Assembly: GCA_019058365.1 (NCBI GenBank)
Contig: JAHPZE010000007.1
Span: 64,001-128,000, forward strand
Length of the DNA stretch: 64,000 bases
Direction of reading: 5' to 3'
Source: Promethearchaeota archaeon
GTDB lineage: Archaea > Asgardarchaeota > Lokiarchaeia > Sigyniarchaeales > SOKP01
Positions 44,891-54,390 of the stretch are shown here, in pieces (position 1 is the stretch's first letter; each line of letters opens with the position of its first letter). Below the pieces are notes generated by a model that was not told where the DNA came from, made no database searches, and saw only the letters and a list, made by a program, of their open reading frames with translations. The position numbers and the translations under genes are program-made.

Positions 44891-45658
44891 GTGCTAGAGA
44901 TAGTATTTAAAAGAGATATAGATCAATTTAGGTTTGAGAATAGACCATATAGATTCATGGGACAAGATCCACCAGAGCATCATGGTCCTCCTCTTCCACC
45001 CCCTTTTGATGGTCTTCCGTTTTTCGGACCAAAATTACCTTTTTCACACGGACATTTCAAACCCCCATTACCCATAAGTCGAGAATCATTTCAAGAAATT
45101 AGAGATTTTATAGTTTTATTAATAATTTCAGAGTATCCTGATGGTATAACTGGATATCAATTACAAGAAAAGTATAATTTTCCAAGAGGAACACTTGTGA
45201 GGACACTGCAGGATTTAGAGGATAAACAATATTTGAACTCTAAAGAGGCAATAATTGAAGGAAGGGCAAATAAGTTTTATATAATAACAGAATTAGGAAA
45301 GAGATTCATAGAAGAATTAAAATTGAGATGGGCAAATCTATTTAGTGTAATGTCAGAGATAACACCCCCTAATGGTTTAAAAAGGATAATGTTCGAAAAA
45401 ATAAAAGAGTTTAAGTCTAAAGATGATGCCATTGATCTTTTTCGCGGATTAAGATCATGGATGAAAGATATGCTTCAAAGAATAGAAAATAAAATTGAAA
45501 ACTTTAAGAAAAGTAAAACTGATTTAGATAGTATCATTCTGAAAATTGAAAGAATGGAACAATTAAATAAAGATAAAATAATAGATTTAGTCAAGGAATT
45601 AATTGAAAAAGTGAAAGATAATGAAAAGTCTATTGATAATGTTAATATTAATAAATAA
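44891..45658 (+). CDS. PadR/MarR-type wHTH regulator with Pro/His-rich N-terminus (start uncertain)
   Basis: GITGYQLQ...RGTLVRTLQDLE...KFYIITELG. Confidence 0.8.
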   Translation: MLEIVFKRDIDQFRFENRPYRFMGQDPPEHHGPPLPPPFDGLPFFGPKLPFSHGHFKPPLPISRESFQEIRDFIVLLIISEYPDGITGYQLQEKYNFPRGTLVRTLQDLEDKQYLNSKEAIIEGRANKFYIITELGKRFIEELKLRWANLFSVMSEITPPNGLKRIMFEKIKEFKSKDDAIDLFRGLRSWMKDMLQRIENKIENFKKSKTDLDSIILKIERMEQLNKDKIIDLVKELIEKVKDNEKSIDNVNINK

Positions 45659-45706
45659 TTAAGAAAAAATTGATATAAAACAATTTATAAAAAAACATGA
45701 TATAAA

Positions 45707-46795
45707 ATGATATTACAACCATCAGGAAAGAGTAAAAAAGTAGAGATTGACAATTCAGAAACTGTTATAAAATTAGAAAATTTAACAAAAAAATTTGGGA
45801 ATTTAACAGCAGTTAATAGTATAAACCTTGAAGTTCATAGAGGGGAAACAATTGGGTTAGTAGGTCCTAATGGAGCAGGTAAAACTACTACAATTAAAAT
45901 GATTGCGAAAATTCTAAGACCAAATTCGGGTAGAATTCTTATTAGAACTAATAGTAGTGATTTACAAGATTTAGGAAAAATATCGAGAACTTTAAGTCAA
46001 ATGGGATTTTTAATAGATATTCCCGCTTTTTACAATATGACTGCTTATCAATTATTAAGATATTTCGCAAACCTCCAAAATTACCCTAAAGATAAGATCG
46101 ATCAAAGAATAGATGAGCTTTTAGAGCGCTTCAAGCTCTCTGAATGGAAATTTGAACAGGTAAAAAATTTTTCTAAAGGAATGACTCAGAAGATAGGAAT
46201 CATTCAAGCAATTATCCATGATCCGGAGATAATAATATTGGATGAACCACAAACTGGCTTGGATCCATTAGCACGTGTTGAAATACGGAAATATATCCGA
46301 GAGCTTCAATCACAGGGAAAAACAATATTTGTTGCTTCCCATATGTTATATGAAATATCAGAAGTATGTGATAAAATCGCTTTAATTAATTATGGCTCTA
46401 TAATTGGGTTTGATACAGTAGAGAATTTAGCACTTAAATTAAAGACTAGTGAATTAGATTGTGAATTACTTAAGACCATTAATGATAGTGAATTAAGCCC
46501 ATTAATAGATCGGTTAACTGAAAAACTTAAACCTTATCTAGACAAGAATTTAGACCCGATGATATCAAAAATTCCAGTAAAGTATTATCCTGAACAACAA
46601 GGGTTTAAATTTTTTTATGATGGACGACATGAATCAAAAGGAGAGATCTTAAAGATTCTTATTAAGGAGTTCGAATCAGATTTTACAGTGATCTCATTTA
46701 CTCAGCCAAAAACATCTCAACTCGAAAGAATTTATGCAGAAATGGTAAAAGACAATGATTCAAAAGGGAAAAGCAAATTAAATGGAGGGTTATAG
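45707..46795 (+). CDS. ABC-2 exporter ATP-binding subunit
   Basis: GPNGAGKT, FSKGM, LDEP, ASH. Confidence 0.95.
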   Translation: MILQPSGKSKKVEIDNSETVIKLENLTKKFGNLTAVNSINLEVHRGETIGLVGPNGAGKTTTIKMIAKILRPNSGRILIRTNSSDLQDLGKISRTLSQMGFLIDIPAFYNMTAYQLLRYFANLQNYPKDKIDQRIDELLERFKLSEWKFEQVKNFSKGMTQKIGIIQAIIHDPEIIILDEPQTGLDPLARVEIRKYIRELQSQGKTIFVASHMLYEISEVCDKIALINYGSIIGFDTVENLALKLKTSELDCELLKTINDSELSPLIDRLTEKLKPYLDKNLDPMISKIPVKYYPEQQGFKFFYDGRHESKGEILKILIKEFESDFTVISFTQPKTSQLERIYAEMVKDNDSKGKSKLNGGL

Positions 46796-47654
46796 AAAAA
46801 TGGATAATAGAAAAGAAAATCTTACTGGAATAAAGCCAATTTTATACACCATTGTATTTGAAATAAAAAATCAAAGAAAGAAATTTTATTTCTTTTCATT
46901 AATCGCACTTATTGTTGCTGTTTTATTGGGATATATCTTACAATTAATCCCAACTTATCTTCTATCAGATACACAAGCGGAGTTCTTTAATACTGGGTTA
47001 CAATTTATTTCATTCATCACTTTATTTGCTGCGTGTTTGTTTTTTTCTGGAATAATTTGCTCTGAATTTGATAAAAAAACTGGTTTTATAGTTTTTCCCA
47101 AAATCAACAAATATAAATTAATACTAGGAAAATATCTTGGAAATTTAGTTCTAGTAGTTGTAATTATTACAATTTACTATTTTATTTTAGGGCTTCTCGG
47201 ATTTTTCTATTATGGTGGACCAATTAACATTCGATTCTTATATTCATACGGTATTGCTATATTATATGTAATAGCTCTAAGTAGTTTTGTAACATTTTTT
47301 AGCTCATTTATGAGAAGTGTAAATCTTACAATCATTTCTACTCTAATAATTCTACTCATAGGGTTTAATATCGCTGATCAGCTTGTTACATTGATATTTG
47401 CGGATAATTTCGAACCTTTATACTCTCTATCATATTTAGGTTCTCTCATAACAGGGATACTCGAATATCCTTTTCCAAATCCGAGATATACTGAATTTTC
47501 ATTTAGCGGTATGGGTCCAGGCGGTAGAGGAGGGGACTTCTCATTCGGTCAATGGGTAACACCTACTATTGAGATGGGAATTACCTTACTACTTGTTTTT
47601 ATTGTTGTGTATTTTGTATTAGCTGCATATCTATTTAAAAGGAGGCAATTGTAG
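46782..47654 (+). CDS. ABC-2 exporter permease
   Basis: 6 TM, SEFDKKTG...GKYLG; overlaps the ATPase stop. Confidence 0.88.
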   Translation: MEGYRKMDNRKENLTGIKPILYTIVFEIKNQRKKFYFFSLIALIVAVLLGYILQLIPTYLLSDTQAEFFNTGLQFISFITLFAACLFFSGIICSEFDKKTGFIVFPKINKYKLILGKYLGNLVLVVVIITIYYFILGLLGFFYYGGPINIRFLYSYGIAILYVIALSSFVTFFSSFMRSVNLTIISTLIILLIGFNIADQLVTLIFADNFEPLYSLSYLGSLITGILEYPFPNPRYTEFSFSGMGPGGRGGDFSFGQWVTPTIEMGITLLLVFIVVYFVLAAYLFKRRQL

Positions 47655-47655
47655 A

Positions 47656-48630
47656 ATGAAAAAAAATATAAAAATCAATATAATTGGAGTATCGCTTCTC
47701 TGTATAATTTTCTTGGGAATGTTTTCAACAATTACCATTGCTAATGGGAATTATAATATTGCCTTAACTAAAGGTACTGAAGTCTTTACTGTTACACAAT
47801 ATGATGAAGCTGCTTGGAAAACTACAATTAATTCGTCCACGACACCTTCAGATTGGTTCGAAGGAGATTCAAATCAAACTGGCGCGAAGAGTAAAAATAC
47901 GATTAAAGGCTGGAATTATGTTACTTGGGAATTTTATGATATATTTGTTTCATTATTTTTACCAGCAATGTTTGAATCTGAAGAGCTTATCCCATTATTA
48001 GGATTAATGAATACTCAAGGATATAATGAATCTACTATAAATACTAATTATACAAATAGCTACAATCTATGGGTTGGTCTACGTGCTGTATGGAATTTTA
48101 CAATTGGAAGCTTTGAAGAAGATCCTACAATTGCAAATGATCCACTTTTAATATTTCGAAATCCAACTGATTTTGATGACATTCTTAATAACTATAATAA
48201 TTTATCAGCAGAACTTAATAGCCTTCCCGCGATTATATTTTCAAATATTAGCTTTCCAATCTTAGAACCAGATGAATTTTTATGGTTATTTATCTTTAAT
48301 GGACTCACATTAGGTACTCCCTTTAGTTCATATTTAGAAGAACTCATTACTGCACTCGATTGTAAAAATGCCACAGTTAGCAACAATGTTCTTACAATAA
48401 ACCTGACTGGTGAAACAAATTATATTGTAGAAATTACTTATGGTAATGAAGGAACAATGTCTTCATTTGTAGTAAAAGATGTTGGGAGTAACATAATATA
48501 CCAAATTGTTGCTACAAATACAGATTGGATCTTCTTTATTACAGTTATTATAGTGGTACTTTGTATCGGAGGATTAAGTGTTTATTTAATAATCCGGAAG
48601 CGAAAAATAAATAGAATAAGAAAGAAATAA
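47656..48630 (+). CDS. Secreted, C-terminally anchored surface glycoprotein
   Basis: Signal peptide, many NxS/T sequons, C-terminal TM plus basic tail. Confidence 0.75.
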   Translation: MKKNIKINIIGVSLLCIIFLGMFSTITIANGNYNIALTKGTEVFTVTQYDEAAWKTTINSSTTPSDWFEGDSNQTGAKSKNTIKGWNYVTWEFYDIFVSLFLPAMFESEELIPLLGLMNTQGYNESTINTNYTNSYNLWVGLRAVWNFTIGSFEEDPTIANDPLLIFRNPTDFDDILNNYNNLSAELNSLPAIIFSNISFPILEPDEFLWLFIFNGLTLGTPFSSYLEELITALDCKNATVSNNVLTINLTGETNYIVEITYGNEGTMSSFVVKDVGSNIIYQIVATNTDWIFFITVIIVVLCIGGLSVYLIIRKRKINRIRKK

Positions 48631-48672
48631 ACATATTTTTTTTTAAATTTTAAATATTTAAGTTTGATATTA

Positions 48673-49815
48673 TCATTCTTTTATGTCCTTGGGGTTTATT
48701 TCTTTGCCAAGCATGGAGGATTTTAAAGCTGCTAAAGCAAATTGTGTTGTATATTTTCCTTCCTCCCCCGATAATATTGGATCTCCACCATTCTTTATTG
48801 CTTCAATGAAATGGTGAGTTGAATTTATAAATCCATATTTCCAATCTCGTTCCATATCTGAGATCGTTTCAATTTTTCCATCTCGGAAGATAACAATTGC
48901 GGGAAAAAACTCTGATTTGGACATGGTATTGCCTCCAGCAGTTGCTTGATTTATCCACATAATTCCCTCTGAGCCCGTAATAGATATAAATTCATCCTCG
49001 GGATAATAGGGACTAGGTAAAGTCATGTTTGGAGAATAATTATATTCCATATTTCCATATGTAGGCACAAAAAAATCTGAATCCTGTGGAGGTGCGTACT
49101 TCCACATTATATAAGCAGGGGCATCTAAATTATTAAATCTGTCAATCCATGAATAGACTTTTTCAATTTTTGCCCCAATTAAGTGTATGGCTAACCAAAA
49201 TTTATGGAATCCGTCATCAAATATAATAGGGGATCCACATTCCAATCCACCACCACACAATTTTGGATCTAACCTCCATATCCATGTTGTAGTAGTTATA
49301 TCCCACCCTCCTTTAGATGCTTCAAGTGTTTTAATGTGAATTGAATTTACTTCACCTATAATTCCCTCTTCTAATAATTGCTTCGCTCTCATAATTGGAG
49401 GATAAAAAGTGAAGTTTTCAAAGATTTTTAGCTTTATATTATTATTCTTGCAAGCATTAATCATTTTATCGCAGTCTTTGATAGAGTGTGCCATTGGTTT
49501 TTGTACACTTATTCCTAAAATATTTTTTTGAGTTGCATAAAGAGTCACTTCACAATGTAAATGATGAGGTAATAAAATTTCTAGAATATCAATGTTTTCG
49601 ACATCAAGCATTTCTTTATAATCATGATAATGTCTAACATCGGACCCTAGATTAAACTTTTCAATCTTCTCTTTAATATGTCTTTCTTTACTATCACATA
49701 AACAAGTAATTTCAATATCATCACGATTTAAATAGCCCAGTATATTAAGATCAAAAATAACTCCGCATCCAATGATTCCAACTTTTAATTTTTCCATGAT
49801 TTTCCTCGTTTTCAT
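48673..49815 (-). CDS. Gfo/Idh/MocA oxidoreductase
   Basis: GIIGCG, PHHLH, QKPMA, DDGFH. Confidence 0.9.
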   Translation of the reverse strand: MKTRKIMEKLKVGIIGCGVIFDLNILGYLNRDDIEITCLCDSKERHIKEKIEKFNLGSDVRHYHDYKEMLDVENIDILEILLPHHLHCEVTLYATQKNILGISVQKPMAHSIKDCDKMINACKNNNIKLKIFENFTFYPPIMRAKQLLEEGIIGEVNSIHIKTLEASKGGWDITTTTWIWRLDPKLCGGGLECGSPIIFDDGFHKFWLAIHLIGAKIEKVYSWIDRFNNLDAPAYIMWKYAPPQDSDFFVPTYGNMEYNYSPNMTLPSPYYPEDEFISITGSEGIMWINQATAGGNTMSKSEFFPAIVIFRDGKIETISDMERDWKYGFINSTHHFIEAIKNGGDPILSGEEGKYTTQFALAALKSSMLGKEINPKDIKE

Positions 49816-50048
49816 TATTTCAATCTATTATTTAGAAAATAAATGAAATTATAAAATGCAAATTTTAAGATGATTAATTTAAAAAATAAATTTATTTATT
49901 GTAGTAATTTAATAAGTTAAAGAAATAAAAAGTTCCCATATTTTTTTTTTAAAAATTAATATCTAATTTTTGTAGAAAAAACATCATTATAAAAAAGAAA
50001 ATGTAAAAATAAACAATAAATTAAAAAATATAAAAAAAATAATATTAT

Positions 50049-50124
50049 GTGGGGTGCTTTAGAGTTAGATTTTACAATAGTAATCTTTCGGATACTTTAT
50101 TATCTTAATTCTAAAGCGCTCCGC
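50049..50124 (+). other. Long intergenic hairpin with strand-specific G.U pairs
   Basis: 50049-50067 pairs contiguously with 50106-50124 (19 bp, 4 G.U on the + strand). Confidence 0.7.
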
Positions 50125-50144
50125 CTTTAATTTTGGTATAATGC

Positions 50145-50648
50145 TTAATTTTCACTAATATCTATTTTTTTAGCAGGTATTTTGCTAAATGTTACCTTTA
50201 GTAGCCCATTAGCCATTTTTGAGACTATTGTATCTGTATCTGCATCAACGGGTAAAGGAATGTCCATATCTACATCAATAAATGTAAATCCCTTCCAGAA
50301 GAATGGATTGCAACATTCATGAAGCGTTTTTTCTTCCTCTGGCTTTTCATTTACATTTTTTCTTTCAGGAACCTTCGGTTTCTCTGATTTAATGTTCAGA
50401 TGTTTGTTAATTAAAGAAACCTTAACTTCTTCTTTAGTACGACCAGCTAAAGGTACAGTAATCAAATAGTTATCTCCAAGGTCTTCAACATTAAAAGGTA
50501 TTTGACTCCCCATAAAACCTTTCATAAAATGTGTAGCCATCTTTTTCATTTTATGCAATTGTTGAGGATTAAATGGAAAGCAACCAAACATCGCTTTTTG
50601 ATCATAAACACGACCGTGACTATGACCATGAGGACTTTCATCACACAT
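50145..50648 (-). CDS. Small heat-shock protein (Hsp20/alpha-crystallin)
   Basis: FNVEDLGDNYLITVPLAG, IPLPVDAD, MANGLLKVTF. Confidence 0.85.
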   Translation of the reverse strand: MCDESPHGHSHGRVYDQKAMFGCFPFNPQQLHKMKKMATHFMKGFMGSQIPFNVEDLGDNYLITVPLAGRTKEEVKVSLINKHLNIKSEKPKVPERKNVNEKPEEEKTLHECCNPFFWKGFTFIDVDMDIPLPVDADTDTIVSKMANGLLKVTFSKIPAKKIDISEN

Positions 50649-50704
50649 TTTTTATTTTCCTCCTTAATTTATTTATTTTTTTGTATATATTTTAATGGCA
50701 AAAG

Positions 50705-51355
50705 TTAAAAATTCTCATACTCCTCATCATCCACTATAGGGATGGTCTTTGTATTTTTCTCTCTTTCTTTTTTTAAATCTTTTAAAAAATTCTCATATTT
50801 TTCAAGTTCATTATCAATTTCTGTTAATCGCATTGAGATCCTTTCTCTGCTAAATTTTAAATCATCAATAATTCTTTCAACTCTACTAATATTTGTTAAA
50901 GAAAAATCTCCTTGATTGATTTCTCTATCAATTGGTGCACAATGATAAGGAAAACAAGACATTACTCCTTTAATTCGTTTTTCATGGGGTGACCATGCAT
51001 TCACAACTGTGCGAATATAATCTCCAAGAGTATTCATACTAGATTCAAAATTATCTTTTAAAATTTCTTTTAATCTCTCCATACCTCGTCCGGTAATTCT
51101 GTAAATCTTTTTCTGACGATTGTTTTCATCAATAAATTCTTCTGTATCAACAAAACCTTTTTTATCCAATCTATTTAACAAAGGATATATTGTTCCTGGA
51201 GAAGCTCTCCACATTGGTTTAAATTTTTTATTAATTACTTGACTTATTTCATAACCAGATATCCCTTCTCGATTTCTAATAATAGAAAGTACCAAAATAT
51301 CTAACCCTGAGAACGCTCCACCTTGATAACCACTAAATCGTTTGCCAAAGAACAT
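50705..51355 (-). CDS. PadR-family transcriptional regulator
   Basis: SGYEI...WRASPGTIYPLLNRL...KKIYRITGRG. Confidence 0.92.
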   Translation of the reverse strand: MFFGKRFSGYQGGAFSGLDILVLSIIRNREGISGYEISQVINKKFKPMWRASPGTIYPLLNRLDKKGFVDTEEFIDENNRQKKIYRITGRGMERLKEILKDNFESSMNTLGDYIRTVVNAWSPHEKRIKGVMSCFPYHCAPIDREINQGDFSLTNISRVERIIDDLKFSRERISMRLTEIDNELEKYENFLKDLKKEREKNTKTIPIVDDEEYENF

Positions 51356-51373
51356 TTTTTAACTTCACCAATA

Positions 51374-51388
51374 TATCAGTTTTTGATA
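51374..51388. promoter_or_regulatory. Candidate PadR operator TATCA-N5-TGATA
   Basis: Spaced palindrome about 20 bp upstream of the padR start. Confidence 0.35.
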
Positions 51389-51847
51389 AAATTTATGATA
51401 TTAAAGGAAAGACACCTATATAAATATATCGGAGATCGAATATTCAATAAATATTTGAGAGAAGCCAGAAAAAACAAAATGAAAAACTGAAATACCAAAA
51501 TAATTTATAAGGAATATAGTGATTTAATAATCAATTATTTCTAATCATAGGAAACTTCTTTATCTTCATAATTATTAATTATTCGATTTTTGAGACTTGA
51601 ATTCATAATGTTAATATTTTTCTTATTAAATTTTCAATATTATAATCTCAATTAAAGGAATAAATATTGATAGGTATAATCTCTGTAAAGAATGTTTAAA
51701 AAAATGTCCAATGCGTAACTTTAATAGCCCTAACAGAACGCTACCCCGTTTACCAATAGAAACTAATTTTATTTCTGAATCCTCTAATTAATAGTATAAC
51801 AAAAATACTTATTAATATCAAGTGAAAACTTAAATTAACAAACTATT

Positions 51848-53413
51848 TTGTTATATAAAAATATAATGTCATTATTAGATAAATTGCAAAGGAAAAAAGG
51901 GAAGAGGTGGATTATCCTTTATGTTGTTTTATGTATTAATTTGATAATTTTTCTTACATTAATTCATACAATTGAACCTTATTGGTATGAAATTAATTCA
52001 GAGGTATCAAGTTGGGTAGGATTTGACTTTGATATTGTTCTTTTAGTAAGGATAATTCTAATATTACCATTACTTTATGGTTTAGTATTAATTTTCATCA
52101 ATATAAGAAAATTTACACAAGCAGATGAGCTAAAACCCTGTACTTTAAATAAAATAATACCGTTTATCTTGATTGTCTTGTATAATGTCATATTTAGTGT
52201 TTTATTATACTTTTTTGACCAATATGGGCAAGTTAGGAGAATTTTACAAGTTTTGGATTTTTATAGTATTTACATTATTTTTATTCTTGATATCCTTCTT
52301 ATAGTCTTATTATATCCAATAATCAAAACTGTACCTAAATTAAAAAATTATCTTTCAAGAAAATACTTAGATCCATATAAGAAAGCATTGATAATAGTTA
52401 TATGCCTTATCAGTTGTTACATTTTTACTTTTACAATTCCAATAATATATCGACCTTCAAATGTGATAAATGGAGATTTACCACCAAAACCAGATTTGAT
52501 TGCTCACAGAGGTGCTTCATCCTTAGCTCCAGAAAATACAATTGAAGCGGGTCTTGCAGCTCTTGAATATAATACCGTTATTGGATGGGAAGTAGACATT
52601 AAAATTAGTTTTGATGGAGTTCCGTTTTTAATGCATGATGATACATTATTGAGAACAACCAATGTATCAGATCATTTTCCCAGTAGAAAATACGATAAAG
52701 CAGAAACATTTACAATTTCAGAACTTCGAGAATTAGATGCAGGTTCTTGGTTTGTGGAAGAGGATCCTTTTGATACCATCTCAAAAGGAATTATATCTTA
52801 TGCAAAAGCAGAGTCATACAAGGGTATAAGAATTCCTACTTTTGAAGAAGTCCTTAACTTCACACGGGATAATAATTATTATTTAGATTTTGATGCCGAT
52901 AGGCCAGATCCTAGTCATCCTTATTATGAGGATTTTTATGAAATTCTCTTAAATATGACTATTGAATCTGGTGTTGATTTATCTAAAATGATGATTCCAA
53001 CTTCTAATTCAGAATGGATTGAAATGATCAATATTCGTGCCCCTAATATTTTATTAGGATGGCCCGGTTCACCATCCCCTATTGAATTTGAATCTTCTTC
53101 TTATAATTATTCTTATATTAATACGGATGATACATATTCAAATGCTGGATATCAAGCTTTATATCAATCAAATTTATCAGTAATGGTATATACAATCGAC
53201 GCAAAGGAAAGACATTCTCAATTATGGTGTCTTGGAGCAAAATGGGTGAAAACAAATACTCCTTATAAATTCAACGATTTAACAAAACCTCTGTGGTATA
53301 TGAATATTCTAACTTATGAAACAATATGGTTTATTTTTATTATTGCTGCTATTAGTTCTGCAATTATAATAAAATTTATACTAATTGAAAAATTCAAGGT
53401 AAGAAAAAAATGA
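51848..53413 (+). CDS. Six-TM glycerophosphodiester phosphodiesterase, GDE2/GDPD5-like
   Basis: 5 N-terminal TM; PKPDLIAHRGA..LAPENT, ISFDGVPFLMHD.TL.RTTNV, LWCLG, PLWYM; C-terminal TM. Confidence 0.9.
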   Translation: MLYKNIMSLLDKLQRKKGKRWIILYVVLCINLIIFLTLIHTIEPYWYEINSEVSSWVGFDFDIVLLVRIILILPLLYGLVLIFINIRKFTQADELKPCTLNKIIPFILIVLYNVIFSVLLYFFDQYGQVRRILQVLDFYSIYIIFILDILLIVLLYPIIKTVPKLKNYLSRKYLDPYKKALIIVICLISCYIFTFTIPIIYRPSNVINGDLPPKPDLIAHRGASSLAPENTIEAGLAALEYNTVIGWEVDIKISFDGVPFLMHDDTLLRTTNVSDHFPSRKYDKAETFTISELRELDAGSWFVEEDPFDTISKGIISYAKAESYKGIRIPTFEEVLNFTRDNNYYLDFDADRPDPSHPYYEDFYEILLNMTIESGVDLSKMMIPTSNSEWIEMINIRAPNILLGWPGSPSPIEFESSSYNYSYINTDDTYSNAGYQALYQSNLSVMVYTIDAKERHSQLWCLGAKWVKTNTPYKFNDLTKPLWYMNILTYETIWFIFIIAAISSAIIIKFILIEKFKVRKK

Positions 53414-53596
53414 TGAAATTTTGTTTTTAATATATCTATAATCCATATTAGAAAGTTATTAAATGTAAAAAAAATTGAAATCTCTTTAATATGTAAGTAT
53501 AACACGGAAAATATAGTAAAAGAGAATTATTAAATAACTATAAAACTAATATAAATAAATTGATTAATACTTTTAAAAAGTGATCTTTTTAAGATA

Positions 53597-54328
53597 ATGT
53601 TGGCACAATTAACTGGATTTGAAATATTTTATGGAAGTTTTACATTAATATCTGTTATAATATCCACCGTATTAGGTCTTTTTATTGCATTAAAGTATTT
53701 ACAGCATAAAAAAATAGAATTACTTTTAGTTGGAATTACATGGATACTTTTAGCAAGCCCATACTGGTCTGATGCGATACAATTTATTACAAATACATTT
53801 TTCGGGATAAGCCTAGATCCACCTTTGTATTTCTTCTTAGCTAATGCGTTTATTGCTCCAATTCATATTACATGGCTTTATGCTTTTACTAATTTTCTTT
53901 TTAAGAAGCAACAGAAGAAAATAATGCTATTCTTTACCATTGAGGCAATATTTTTTGAAATTGTCTTTTTGTATGTCTTTTTTTTGAATCCTTTTCTAAT
54001 CGGAGACCAAAGAAGTGCTTTTGTAGTAGAATGGGCAATATGGATACAAGTTTACTTATTATTTTCGATAATTCTATTCTTAGTTACTGGATTTTTATTT
54101 GCTAGAATCAGTCTAAAAGCAGATTCTTCTGAAATTAAACTAAAAGGAAAATTTTTAATAATAGCATTTCTAACTTTTACAATTGGAACGATGATAGATG
54201 TTATTGGAGCAGAAAATCCTACAGAAATAACTATTTTTTTTGCCAGAACTTTTGTAATTGTTAGTTCGATCTGCTTCTACATAGGATTCACATTACCTAG
54301 ATTCATCAAAGAATTATTTATAAAATGA
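53597..54328 (+). CDS. Stand-alone ~7-TM membrane protein
   Basis: Seven hydrophobic segments, no soluble domain. Confidence 0.75.
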   Translation: MLAQLTGFEIFYGSFTLISVIISTVLGLFIALKYLQHKKIELLLVGITWILLASPYWSDAIQFITNTFFGISLDPPLYFFLANAFIAPIHITWLYAFTNFLFKKQQKKIMLFFTIEAIFFEIVFLYVFFLNPFLIGDQRSAFVVEWAIWIQVYLLFSIILFLVTGFLFARISLKADSSEIKLKGKFLIIAFLTFTIGTMIDVIGAENPTEITIFFARTFVIVSSICFYIGFTLPRFIKELFIK

Positions 54329-54390
54329 GAGAATAAAAACGCTTTATCTTTAAAGCGTATAAATTCTTTTTCTTTTTGAGCAGTAAGAGC

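Noticed and set aside
51660-51791. LCKECLKKCP ferredoxin-like motif in an intergenic frame
   Set aside because: The first Cys of the motif is missing and the context is short. At most a gene relic, too weak to call.
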